The notes under the pieces: generated by a model
Database searches by the model: none
Told to the model about the DNA's origin: nothing
What the model saw: only the letters and a program-made list of their open reading frames with translations
Assembly: GCA_964247055.1 (NCBI GenBank)
Contig: OZ176054.1
Span: 9,796,001 to 9,860,000, forward strand
DNA from: Paragordius varius
Lineage: Eukaryota > Animalia > Nematomorpha
Length of the DNA: 64,000 nucleotides
Direction of reading: 5' to 3'
Program-made: the position numbers and the translations under genes
Part shown: one piece after another, positions 1 through 14,600 of the stretch
Layout of the letters: each line of letters opens with the position of its first letter
Position numbering within the stretch: the first letter of the stretch is position 1

Positions 1-1054
1 GAAACTTGATCTAACTAAAATGTGGTTCGCTATAGAACTATCGCATTAAGCATAATCCGATTTAATAAAGCCTTTAAAGGAAATATGTTAGATATTTGTT
101 GGAGCAAATTTTTTGGATGGTTGAATCATTATAATCCCTAAAAATATAAAATGAGATGAAAATTAATATGCTCATTATTTATTGGTACTAGCATCTATTA
201 TAAATGAATCAACTAGATTTCTTTGTTGGTTAATAAATGTGTAGCTATTTGATTTTATTTGTAATCAAACAGAAATTTTGGGTGGTGAAACGACCCAAAA
301 CACTAATTTTCCATAAACCCTGTTGATATCGGGTTTAGGCCGATATACCAAAAAATATTCATCATCTTCGAAAGTTATTCCATTTATATCCACTTTGAAA
401 CAGTTTTTCTCCTAAAACATAAAATATTTTCTTTGATTAAGAATTTTAAATACACAGTAATTTTGATCAATGCACTTTGATTTTAGCCAATTTTCATTAT
501 AGTAGCGCATGGGTGAAAACAGCAAATGGTTGAAATTGCATTTTGTAACTTAGAACATGAATTTATTTTATAACCCTACTGTATCACCGAATGGCCAACA
601 ATAATGTGAATTTGCCAACATTAATGTTTATACTAGGATATCATCAGACTGCTTATAAGCACTGAATTCTTGCTATATAATACTTAAATAACTTAAAGTT
701 TATTGGAAATATAATTTAAAATATTATATCGTTTTTATGATTCAATTAAATAATATAACACATTAAAACAGAGCAGGAGGTTAAATCTTTATATTTATTT
801 GTGCATTTGTAATATTTGTATATTTCCCCTAAGAGTTATATGTAATATATATTTTAATTTAAATTAAAGTATAAGTAAGTATATATTGCTAGAAAGTTAT
901 TAATTATTGCCAAATAGCATATGCAGCAAAAAGAATTTTTATTGGCTAATAATAGTAAAAAGGGAAAAAATAACTATAAGCCAATAATACTGCCCTTTGT
1001 TGTATATGCTATTTGGCAATAATTAATAACTTTCCAGCAATGTATACTTACTCA

Positions 1055-1101
<47 letters not shown>

Positions 1102-3885
1102 ATATTTCATTGATATTTTTGTGGACGTTGTGCGGGAAAATTAAAAAATCATCAAATTTAAAATATCGAATCCAAAGTTTTTTATAACATAACATGAACA
1201 ATAATTAAATTTATAGTTGTATTATTATATTTTAAGTATGAATAATTTCAGGTCACAAAAAAGCAGTTTTAGGACCGCATGAGCAGTAGAACCGCGGTTT
1301 GATTATCGCTAATCTACAATATGATTAAAATCTACACGGTTACTTTTTCTATTATATATTTTTCGATGGCATATACAGCAAATAGCATTATTATTTGTCA
1401 ATAATAAGAGAAAAAAACTTTAAACCAATAACAATGCTATTAATAGGTCCATTATTTGACAATAGACGAAAAAATAGCAATAATAATCATAACTGTACGT
1501 CGTATCGAGTTCATCTATTCCGAGCCACCATATATTTTTACAACTTTTTTATTGCAATAAATTTTCATAGTTCCGCCACTAAAATGCCTGTCATATTTAT
1601 TACATTTTGATAAAAATATTTCAAAATGAAGTTAATTATGAGATTGGCCATTTGGTTATTAATTATATGAAATTAACTTACGCGTTCAATATCTACCACC
1701 GTATCTAGTATGGTTTTATTTCTGGTTTTCAGGAAGATGTAATATTCATTAGCTGGGTTCAAATCCAAAAGTTTTGTGCAGATTTCCAAAGTGTTGTCTT
1801 TGATACAGCCATAATCATCTTTTAGTATATTCTCACTTTCTATAATTATATTAATTTATAATATTTGATAATTAGAGGAATTGGTTTAAACAACTATTTA
1901 TACGGATTCGAATTAAACGCCCAATTAATAAGGGGATCGATTAAATTATTTTTCGGGAATACTTACGATATGATTTTAGATACCACCCATTTTATTCAAA
2001 ATCATATGATAAAAATGTTAAAATGTTAATCATATAATGAGATATTATCGGTTTTTCATATATTTTTATTCATATCTATTGATGGAAAAAAATTTTTTGG
2101 TGAAATTTAACACTAAATTTTCATTTCGATTAAATATACTGCGCGTATTTTCAATTTAAAGGTATCAGTTTAATCTATTTTTTGAAAATGCGTTAAAAGC
2201 TATTTATATGTAGTATTTAGCTAATTTTTAATATCGTATAAATAATAAATGTACTCATATAATTACCAATAATTGTTTTGCCATCAACTATACATAAATT
2301 AAAAATTATGAATAATATTATCGGTTTGTTTTTCATAGAGTTTTTATGTTTTAAAATCTTTTTAATATATTTTAATTTTATGGCTAATTTTAAGAGTCGA
2401 GGACTATAAGCAACAAATAATTGGTCATAGACTAGCTATCTTAAAATTTACCATAATGAGATTAAATTTTTTCGTAGTTTTATGCCCATATAACGAAAAA
2501 GATAAGTCTGTGTACTTTGCACATCAATTGGCTCTATATTATTAATATTCACAAAAAAATAAATCAACTGTTTTAAGGCGTTATTTAGATATGTATGTAA
2601 AAACATTGATCGGTATAATCTAAAATAATAATATATTTATATTCTTACAGTAAAATGTAGTCAATCTTTGACGCGACATATCCGTTATCCCGTCAAGATT
2701 CGTTTGTATAATTATCGAATAAAATCCAGGTTCGAAATTATTGACAATTAATTTTGTCTCGTTCTAACAATATAGATAAGCAATAAAGTATTAAAACATA
2801 TTATTGTATATTTCATTACCATTAGATTTGTCAACATCCCATGTTTCTTACCAAACATAGTGAATAAAATATCACTATTATTTCCCATTTTCGGCGCCTC
2901 ATAATTGAACACAAAATTTGTTGCATTCCCACTATGTTCGATGTGCATGTCATAGCCCTGTATTTCGTAGCTTGAAATTTTTTGATTAAAACAGTTCCCT
3001 TTCTCCAACACTATGTTAAAAAAATAATGGATTAACTATACTATTCAAACAATGAATTAATTTCAAATATAGGATATTTTATGTTTTGGACCTTGGCAAA
3101 TATAAGTTCAACATTTCTAAAAATTTAATATAACAACAACCCATTCATTTAATTCATATCTAGTTCATAATAAAATTTATCATATTTTAAAGGTTCTTAA
3201 GCCTATCATCCAAATATATGGCCATTTTTTATATTGCATGCAAAATTGGGATTAAGGAATCATATATCTTTACATAGTTAAAAGATTCCTAATGAATATC
3301 AAACAATAAACGGTTAAAATTGTAGAAAAAAAGGATATTACTGTTATATTATAATCAGAGCATTTTTATAGCACAGCTCAAATATCCAATAGAGGAAAAC
3401 GTGTGATATAAATTTTATATTTAAATTACAAGGATAAACCCAAGGATATAATTATAAATGAAGATTTAATTTTTTCAGAAGATTTAAAAAAGATTAAGAA
3501 TCATAGCTAAAAAATCACATTTGGGACAAATATAAATTATGAAAACTTGTAATGGTAAAATATTTTAATTTTTAAATAATTATACATTTCCTTTATACAT
3601 AAAGTTAACCAATATAAAAAAATTTAAGCCTTATGTGAAAGAATTTTTTGATAATTTTCACCAAATATTTTAACACATCAAATATATATTATAACTTTTC
3701 TCATGCAATTCGATGCAGAAAAAACTTTTTTAACCCATTTTATCGATTATATTTTTTCGCCAAAAATTTGCTATCAAAAGCCAAAATGGCTAATAATATA
3801 TAGTCAAGATTTTTTGATAGAAAAACCCGAATGCTCAGTCGATAGATTTTGTTCTGCATTGAATTTTATAATAAGAAAAGTTTAT

Positions 3886-3920
<35 letters not shown>

Positions 3921-6900
3921 TTGGATGTTTTGTAAAAATAGCGCTTAATATTTGAAGGCGATATATTGAGAAGACCTATATCTAGATATATGATTGAAAA
4001 AAAATATTTACCAATTAACAAGTTTTTATGATTCAAATTTAACCAAAGTGCTATTTTCAAGTCGCTAAATCTTCCTAGGATCTTCTTAAAAATGTATAAT
4101 CCTTAATGATTTTTTGTTTTAGGATAATACATTCAAATTTTACTTCACACGTTTTATTCTATTGTATAAAATTTATTTGAGCTGTGCAATAAATAGTGCG
4201 ATTTTTTGATTTTTAATGACAAAATTAAATTACCTTTTTATAACCGCAGTTATTAGTCGATATTCATTATTCGATGTTGTTATCAACCGATTTATAATTC
4301 ATACACAAATATTTTTGCTGGACATGTTATTTAAGGTCTTAAGATAAATTATAAAATCCTATATTGTACCAATTATATCACTGAGTGCAAAATATTTTTA
4401 GCAAAATATTTTATTTCATTAGATAGCTTATGACCAGTAAATTCATTTGCCGTAAAATTTTTTATTTGTTTACGTCCTAGTTTTTCATATTAGGAATAAA
4501 TCGAAATCGGGCAAAAAGAATTATGGATGATTAAGGATAATTCAAAAAATAATGATAAAATTTGAGATATTGTGGTTTATTATCATTTTAGGAGATATTC
4601 AATATATAAATAGCCTGAAATCATATAGTTAGGGTTTCATTAAAATCTTAGCTCAAAAAATGGCGTTTTTCTTTTAACACACTTAAAAGACAAAAATTTT
4701 TTGTGAAATTATTAAAATAATTATTATTAATTAATTAATGCTAAATTCACTATTAAAATCTTAACATTCATATTTTCTTCAGTAAAAAAAATATATATCA
4801 AGATAAAACCAAAAAATATTTTTTTTTCATTTATTTGTCATCTGGTTTATGAGTGAATGAAAAATTTATACTGTCTCATTTCGGAATCTTACATGGGGAA
4901 TTAAAGTATATATTTATGCAAAATAGGGTTTAAAGTAGTGGAATATCAACCAACAATCTGTACAATCCCAATAATAACATTAATTTTTCTAAAAACAGTA
5001 CAAGAATTCGTAAGGATTTTTGGTTAATATTCCACTACTTTTAAATCCTATTTTGCATAATATACTTTTCCCACTAATGTAAGATTTAAAAATAAACAGT
5101 TTAAATTTTTAATACACTCATAAACTAGGTGACGAAAAATAAAAAAATAAAAAACAATATGTTTTGGTAGTTATTGAAGAAAATATGAATGTTAAGATTT
5201 TAATAGTGAGTTTAACTATTAAATAATTAAAAAAAATATTAAAGCTATAAAAATTTTTTTGTCTTTTAAGTGTGATAAAAGAAAAACGCCATCTTTAAAT
5301 ATTATAGAAACCCTAACTATATGATTTAAGGCTCTTTATATATTGACAATATCTCCTAAAATCATAAAAAACCATAATATCTCAACTTTTATCATTATTT
5401 TTTAAATTATCCTTATTTATCCTTAATTTTCACTTTTTGCCCGATTTCGATTTTCTCAATATTTCAAAAACTAGGTCGTCAACAAATAAATATTTTTGCA
5501 GCAAATACTGGTTGTAAGCTATCTCATGAAAAAAAATTTTTTGTTAAAAAAAATAACCCTTTTTTGCACGTGGATTATTAACTAAATTATAAACCTGTGT
5601 TCGGAACATCAATCTTAATTGTAATGAAATCATCAGTTTGGTTCACAATGGTTGATGTAACATTGGGATAAAAAATTTCTCTTGTAGCTAAAATACTATA
5701 TTTTAAGTTTACCATTTGGAGCCTTTATTGTCGTTTCTTCAGTGATTATACAAAAATATTACCTCCAGATACGGAATGCTTTACAGGGATCTTAAAAATA
5801 AAACTTTTTCCTAACATTTTACATAAAAATTTAACCATTGTTCTTCTCTATATAAGTTATTTAGATATATAATTAAATCAAAGGCAATTTAATGTTAATG
5901 AAGGTTATTTACATTAGCGTTAATTTCACGGGCCCCAAAAAATTATATTGCATAGGCTAACAAAACCAAACTTCATATACCGTGATCAGTTATAAATATA
6001 GAAGGGGTATAATGTAAATTATATTATTGGTCAAATATCAATTCTTACATAAATTAGGTTGGGGGGAGAAAAAACGTTAATATTATATAATTCAATAATC
6101 AAATGTTTGAAGTCTAAAAAGATTTCATCAGACTAATATTCATTAATTATTGCAACTGAAAAGAAATGTTTCGCAAATCAGGTGTGATGTTGTTTATAAC
6201 TATTCTTATGGTAAAATGGATAACTAAGAATAAATGACCCCAAGTTTAATCCTATTTTATGTCAAAGTATCGTCAGTGAAAAAATTTAACACCCCGCCCT
6301 GTCGATTTAAAACATATTTAAAAGTATCAAATTCCATGAATTATCATATTATATTTGTCAATAACATTTTTTATGTGGAAATTGAAAATGCTTTGACTCC
6401 GGAAAAAGAATTTAGAAAGGTGGATTCGAAATTATATAATAGCCTAATAGGTCATAAATTAAATGTTTATTGAACCGCATATGGGGCTTAACGGCCTTTT
6501 AATTAAACGGTAGAACCATTATTAATTATTCTAAAATGAAAAATATTTGTAAAACTAAAATAATTAATACAATGCGTATGATATGTCATTATTCCATTTT
6601 TGTAACTATTAATTTCAATATCGACTTGGATATGAAAAAATCTAATCCTTCCGCAAGTACCTTCAGTATTGGTAATCAACCCTTGATTTGTATCTATATA
6701 ATTATATAACTATGAATGAATTATAAAATTTATAATTTTATTAGTAAAAAATACAAATTTTATATTTAAACGTTAAAAAAGAATAAACGGTCTGATCCGT
6801 ATACATGCGGTTATGAAGGGTATAAATTAAAAACAAAATTATCGGTTGCCATTAATTATATATTATTTATATTTAGATTTCTAAATATTTTTTTTATATT

Positions 6901-8578
6901 ATGTGATAAACACATATATTTAAAAGATTTTATTCGGTTGCTCCGGCTACTATAACTTTTTTGAATATCTTATTTCGCTTCAAAAACTAAATTGACTATT
7001 AGGGAGTTTAATATAATTACTTGAAAAAGAATATCCTCTCGAAGCTACAGTACTTCCAATTATCCCTATTAATTATATTTTTCGATACCTCCTATGGTTG
7101 AGCCCAATATTCCTCCAGATATTCCTGTTTATTTAAGTTAAATGTATTACCTTTCCCAACTGTCATTAGTTCCAAAATTAACAAAAAAATATACACATAG
7201 TAAAAATTATAATTTATAAAATAAAACGTAAAAGACACTTTTTTTAAAAAAACATTATTTTTATAAAACAATATAATATGTTATTTAGTAAATTCTATTT
7301 TGTTAGATTTTACAATTGTCTGTATTATAAAGTAAATTTGAATTTTTTTATTACATACCGTTTGCCATTTTCCCTAAATTATTAAATAACAAAGTAAGTT
7401 ATGATAAACCGAAGAAAATTATTTTTAAATTGTTTACAATCTATAGCTGTTTGTACAGCACTTTTCAATGTTTTTGGGATATGGGCCATCGATTTGGATC
7501 CTGAATAAAAAAATTTAAATACACATATAATAACATTTATATATCGGAATATATAATTCATGCGGTTATCGTTTGATATATAAATAGTCCCCACTTTATT
7601 ATTAGTCATTTCACATTAGTTTTTGTTGGCAATACACTGCGCTGGACAAATGTGTGTTAAACATTTTTTCCCTATGTTAAAATCATTGTATTGCTAATTG
7701 GCGAAAAATAAAGTCGTTACTGTAAATTATTATTGTATAAAACATTTGCATTTTTGAACAATTCAAGTTAGTCCGTGAACACTACAAATTGGTCATTAAA
7801 CACTTCAAGTTGGTTCTTGTACATTTCAAGTTGGTTTTTGAACACTTCCTTAAATTTTTGAATTTCGATTTAACCATAATTTTTGCATGTATTTCTTTTA
7901 TTATTTTTTAACCTATTTTCTTAATTTATTTCATTTAAAAATAAAAATTTTTATTCAAATATACTTTTTTGTTTCAAACTAATTTTCAATTTAAAAAAAA
8001 TTATTAACTTTGTAATGTTTTCAACAAACAATGCATAAGTTAGAAAACCGATATAGGATTTGATTGATAAAAGTTAAAAACAAAACAAAAAAGTCAAAGG
8101 CAACTTGAATTCAAGGACCAACTGTGTAGGGCAAACTTGAGGTGTTCAAGGACCAACTTGAAAGTTCATAACAATTTGAAGTATTCAACACTCTTGAAGT
8201 GCAAACGGTATATCGCACTTTTGTATACTAAATGAGAAGGAGTTATTCTATTGTTAAAAGTATAAAAGAAATTATAGTGTATAAACTATTTTCAATTATA
8301 ATATTAAAAATAAAAACGAAATCTGGAATTGCTAAGGTGCTTATTTCAAAAGTTCTGTTAGCATTTTATATTTTTACTTGTATAATAATGCAATATGTTT
8401 AATATAAGCATTTGTCATTAATTTTTTAATGTTAGAAATATTAATCAGTTTGGTGCTTCTTGTTTGTCAGTCTTTTATAAAATTTGAAAGTTATTTTTTA
8501 AAATTATGAGCTATTATACTACTTATACTTTATTAAACTCATCAATGGACCCCAAAATTTTTCTACATAAATATATAT

Positions 8579-8611
<33 letters not shown>

Positions 8612-11600
8612 CCATTTGCACTTTAAGAGTGTTGAACACTTCGAGTTGGTTTTTAAACATTTCAAGTTAGTCCTTAAACATTCAAGTTGATCCTTTGACA
8701 TTTTTGTTTTTAACTTTTATCAATCAAATCGTTTAAAATTCATCTATTTTATCATTTTGAACCATTATCTTAATTATCCATATTTTTTCACTTTCGATCA
8801 TTAAAATACTGTATATTTTTGTTAACTTTTTAAAAATATATTTAATTATAATTTTTTGTTGAAAACATCTATAAATGAATAATATTTAAATTAAAAATTA
8901 TTTAGATACAAAAAAATGGTTTTTTAATCAAAATTTTTAATTTTAAAATAAATATATCATAAATCAAGAAAATTAGGTTAAAAATTAATAAATTAAATAA
9001 ATACAACCAAAATTTATTGTTAAACTTAAAAATTTTAAGGACCAACTTGAAATGTTCAAGAACCAACTTGAAATGTTCAAGGACCAACTAGAGGTGTTCA
9101 ATGACCAATTTGAAATGTTCTAGGACCAGTTTGAAGTGTTCAAGGACACTTGAGGTGCAAATAGTATAATATGGGATGGAAACAATACGAAAACGGGGTT
9201 TTTCGAACAAAAAATAAAACCATTTTAGTATATTAACATTGGAAATCCAATATATTAAAATATTTCGATTAGTAAGATCACTAAGATGGAAAAAACATCA
9301 AACCGGTTAATAAAGGAAACCGGAACCGGACTGGTTCCTAAAAATTAAAAAAATCTGAGTGGTTTTTAGCTGGTCCTGAGGGAATGGAACCGCGACCCCA
9401 ATTCTTACTGCAATTCAGGAAAGTTTCTGTTCCATGTGGTTCCGGTATATGAAGCCGTAAAACGATACTTTTTAAAATTTATGATTCTGATATTTTAAAT
9501 TGTAAAAACTTAGAAAAATACATTTTGCAAACAATATTATTTTCCATTTCACAACCTAATCACGTGATACATATATTATTATTTAACTTTCACCGACGAA
9601 ACAATGGGAGAAATTAATTTAAATATTTAAACCGATTTTTTCACTTTTATGCCTTATATAACATATCAAACATAATTGTATAATTTATGTATTTTATATT
9701 TTTAGCAATGTGCAACTTTATTTATCATTCAAAAAAATTATTGCTCATTTGACAAAAGTCTCTAACATTGTTTAGCACTTAACTCCTAAAATTACTGTCC
9801 CATTTTCAAATTTAATTTTACTATTTTCTAACCGAAACATGGAGACAATATTATATATCTAGCTATTACTACCTGTATTTCCTGGTTTTGATATATCGTC
9901 AGGGTTTACAGGTTCTTAAAAATTTAATAAAATTAAAAAATTTCTACAAAATATTTACGCATCATATAATTAAATCAAAATAATATATTTTTGCCTATTT
10001 AATACTAACATTTAGCATTTTTTATAAACAAATGAATGATAAAAACAATTTTTGGGTCCTAAAATGCTGAACCCATCTCGAATTTATTTTTTTATCTTTT
10101 GACTGAAAAATTGATACAAAATTCATAATTTAGATAGTATCAATACCTGTTTTTCCGGCTTTCAATGTATCTTTTGGTTCTTTGAAGCATTTAATACATT
10201 ATAAATTGATGTTATCCAGGCAAAACGTGAAAACACAAAGACAAATATTTTTTCATAAGACCGAAATTTTTCTTAAACTTGATTTTAGATATAACTCATT
10301 GTTTTAATTGGAAAGTATAAATTAGAGTTGAAAACTGGTAACTATAATTATTTATATACGATTAAAATTTAATAATTTATATAGGAAAAATGAGGTTGAA
10401 AAAGTGCTGTGTAAAAATATTTGTCTTTATATTTTTGGGTTTTGTCTGAAAAACTTCATATTGTAAATACATTATATATGTAAAGTAGGCATTACAGCGT
10501 CCATTCATGTGGGCCCATTGGTAATACAGTAGCGTATGATATAACAAATTTTCTCCATAATTAAATAAACAAATTTAATGTTGTGGGATAGAAAAAATGT
10601 GTAATTATAACCATTTAATGTTTCTTGTTCATGCGCTACTGTATTGCTAGTTGGCCAAAAATATTGATAATTGACCAACATATATATATGTATACCCTAA
10701 TATGCGTATATATGATTACTCGGTTGTATATTTTGTCCCCCATTTATTTCGGCAGATTTTTGTGCTTGGTCTATAACAATCAGAAATTCAAAAACAAATG
10801 AATCAAATTTTTATGCCATGTCTTTTGTCATTACCTTCTTCTTTGGGTACGTTTTCGTTGGGTTGATACTCTGAAAACTGGACTAAAACAAAAAAATATA
10901 TTGGTAAAATCTTAGAATGCTGATATAAAATGTAAAAATCGGATGGCAAAATACATGTTGATGATGATGTTGATAATATATATTTGGTTAAATGATAACA
11001 AATCTCTTGTTTTATTGGTGTGGGCTTAATAAAAAATTATGGTTAAAGTAACTAATAAGTAAAAGCTAATTTTGAGAAAAAATATTTATTCTCAAAAATG
11101 TGCATCAAATTATTATGAATATGCATGAAAAAAATAGCATAAAAAATATTATTTTACCTTAATTAAGAAATTAGGGTGTAGAATCAATTAAATGCGCAGG
11201 TAGTGAAAGGTTTATTAAAGTAAAAAAAATCATAAAATAAAGTTTTTTTGACTCAAGGTTTCAAAAATTACCTCGTTTTTCGTCAGATTCATCCAAAGAA
11301 GAATCATCAAGATTAGTGTTGCGATTCGTATTTGATGGGCCTAAAATGTAAATAATAAATTGAGTCATACCAGCCTTTTCTTCATCTGTAATGGGGTTAT
11401 ACGCATCTAAGTTTAGTAGTTCACTATCGGTTAGTATATCGGGCATATTATTTATCAACTCTATACATGAATTAATAAATTGGTATAAAATGATTTCGGA
11501 TGTTAAGCAGAAAATATTAATTAAATATATGTTTTATAAATAGATATCATAAACAATACCGAATTGCATTCCCTCCATATATAATGATCAAACATAAAGA

Positions 11601-14600
11601 GATTAGTAAATAGCCTTTTAGATGTTAGAAAATACAAAAGAATTATTAGATTATAAGTTTTCGACATTATTAATTTGAGCATTAAATGAGTTTAATCCGT
11701 ATCGGTCATAGTTATATATTGGTATTAAATTCGACACCTTGAAAAATAATATCCACCAGTTAAATTTAAGAATAATGAAAAAAAATTTAGTTTTTTTATC
11801 TGTGATAAAACATTTAAAAATTTCTCTATTTAAAAATTTTATTTACTCTATTAATATAATAAAAACAACATATAAAATAAACAGTTGCAATGGGACGCGT
11901 ATCCAAATAGCGATTATATTTACTTGGCTATTTGGTATATACATAGATAACTTTTATATAAATTAAATTACCTAAGTTAAAATCTTCCGGTCCTACATCT
12001 AGAAAGTTTTATTATGAGTAATTGGTATACTTGAAAAGTTAACCCAATCCTCCATATCAGCTGTAAATATAATCAGTTATTAATACCACCATTGTTCTGT
12101 GAATCCATAAGTTCTAAAATTTTGAAATATATTTATTAATTTTTATGTATATTAAATTGTTCGAATTTGCTGCTTTGTTTGTTTTGAAAGATCAATTATT
12201 ATATATAGTGGGGGCTTTCAATATGTCAAAAAATTGCGGAAAGCGGTAAATGAGAGAAATTAACCCAATCAATCACAATGCGCTAAACCTGTTTAGAATG
12301 TTTTTGGTTTGATTTGTTTGGGAAAAAAATTCTCATTTAATAACATCAAAAAATGTGAAACTACGCAAAATCTTAAATTAATATAAATCCCTAGATTTAG
12401 ATTAAATATGTTAGCTAGCAGAAAAAAGAGCAAGATTGCTAAAAGTAGTAAATTAAAAACATAATATTAAACCATTAATATTGCCCTCTGCTGGATATTC
12501 TATAATTAATAATGAAAACTAGCAATTAGTTATACCTCAGGTTCCAAATTATGAAAAAGCTCATATAAAATTAAGGGCAAAAATGTTACCTTTTAAGCAG
12601 TTTTGTTATAATAAATTCGTTAAATTTTTCGTGCATGCACACCAAATTCAGTTAAATTTCTGTTACCCTTTACCCAATATATACGTATCATGAACAAATC
12701 TTTAGTATATTAATATATTTAAACATTTAAAGACCCATTTTTGATGATATTAAATAATTTATACACCTAATATACGCTAACGATAATTTTAATATCTGCA
12801 TATTAAAAAATTCGATTATAAATAAAATATAACAAAACTAAATAAATGTTATTCAATCCAAGAAAAATGTTAATTTAACTAAATAGCGTTTTGTTAGCTA
12901 TGAATAAGATTGTGCTGACCAGGTCAGCTATTTATTTTTTAACCATGGTAATTTAAAAACAGCTGTTTTTAAAAAAAATTGCTAGTAAAATTTTCTTTTT
13001 TCGGAAGACAGATAGTCAGATTTTATTAATATATTTATTAAAAATATAAATTAAATATTTAAATATATAAAATAATCGATTAAGCTCTATATTTAACAAT
13101 GTATTAAAAATTGTTAAACATGCATCCTTATAACATAAGCATTTAAGGATGAAATTCTGGGTGTGAAATTATTTAAAAAACAAAAGAACCGTGCATATGC
13201 AATTATTCCACACATGTGAACCAAATTAAAATAAAAAACATCTTATAATTTTTGTTGATAATTAACTCTATTATGCTACATCTGCATTTAATATATTGAA
13301 AACGCAATTTTTGATTAAATTTGAATGAGTATATTTGTAAATAATAATTAATAAAAAATGGTTTAAATGCTTAAACTTAATAAGAAAAATCATGATATTA
13401 GCGAAACGCAAGTGTCGTTATTATTTTCTTAATCTGCAATATCGCATGATATTCACTTAAGTAAGATGTTTTTGTTAATATTACACTTTTTTATAGTTTC
13501 AAAATAATTGATAACCAAATCGTGGTTATGACCATGGTCTGACCGGAGTTTTTTAAGGAGCATTCAAATCTTTAATTATGAAGTTATTTTAGTGTTATAA
13601 CTTGTGATAATATTTCAAAAATTCTAAGTGTTCTACTCAGTTTCTAGTAAATTATTGATAAATAATAATATTATTTAGCGGTTTCGATATTTTTTGTAAT
13701 GATTATAACCCCAAATTATGGTTTTTTAGAAACGCGTATAATAGGCAGGTTGAGAGAATATTGGAATGCATGGAAAATCCTTTTTATGCTAATATTTATT
13801 TGGTAACCGAAAAACAAGTTAGTGAAGCTAATTAAAATTGTATCGATATTTTTATACACTCAAATTTAAACAAAATAGTGAAATCTTTGTAAACAGATAC
13901 AAACTAACGGACATTCATTAGCATCTATTTATTTTAACTTTAATTGATATGCATATAATTTAAGTTATTTAATTAATTTTGCAAAATTTATTAATGCTTT
14001 ATAAAATAAAATTAGTTTTTCTGGAGTTTTTAGTAGGGTTAAACATTAAAAAATCTATCATACTTATTTGTAAATAATTTGAACACCGTAATTTAAATAT
14101 AGCTGATAAAGTTGGAGATATTACCTTGGTATTCATTGTCCTGATCTATACATAAATTATATATAAATAATATTGGTGTTTTAAAATCAATCAATAATAT
14201 TTGTTATCTAAGATTTGCCACATATAATTTTGAATAATAATAATAATGTAAAAATTTTTAAATTTAAGCACCAATAAAATCGACCTAAAAAATTTAAATA
14301 TAAAATCATTATCATATATAAGGTTAGTAATTGTGAAATGAGCAAAAAGGATGCACTATATGTAATCCTTAACGTTTTTTGTTAACATAATTTTTTAATC
14401 AAAAAATATTCCAAGTTTTAATAATGGTGCTAGGCATATACCAGGGGCATGCATAAGTTTTTATCGGTTTTTAGTAAAACATGTAAGTTTTAAAGAATTT
14501 AATCATTTATTTATAAAATAATTTCAGATAGGTTTCTAATTTGCAGTATATTAATGCCGTGCAAATTGTCTATTCTGGAAAATCACTTAAGCTATACCAA

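Noticed and set aside
264-270. Aligned stop codons (SV*) after the EKNCF/EKKCF exon as the true gene end
   Set aside because: Both copies have a GT donor at this point, and homology plus another tiny-intron candidate continues downstream, so the stop is more likely intronic; not fully excluded.
7741-9165. 21-bp repeats resembling a CRISPR array, and ORFs 8519-8701, 8902-9087, 52570-52785
   Set aside because: The repeats are contiguous, lack unique spacers and lie inside MITE TIRs; the ORFs are translations of those repeats and (TA)n.
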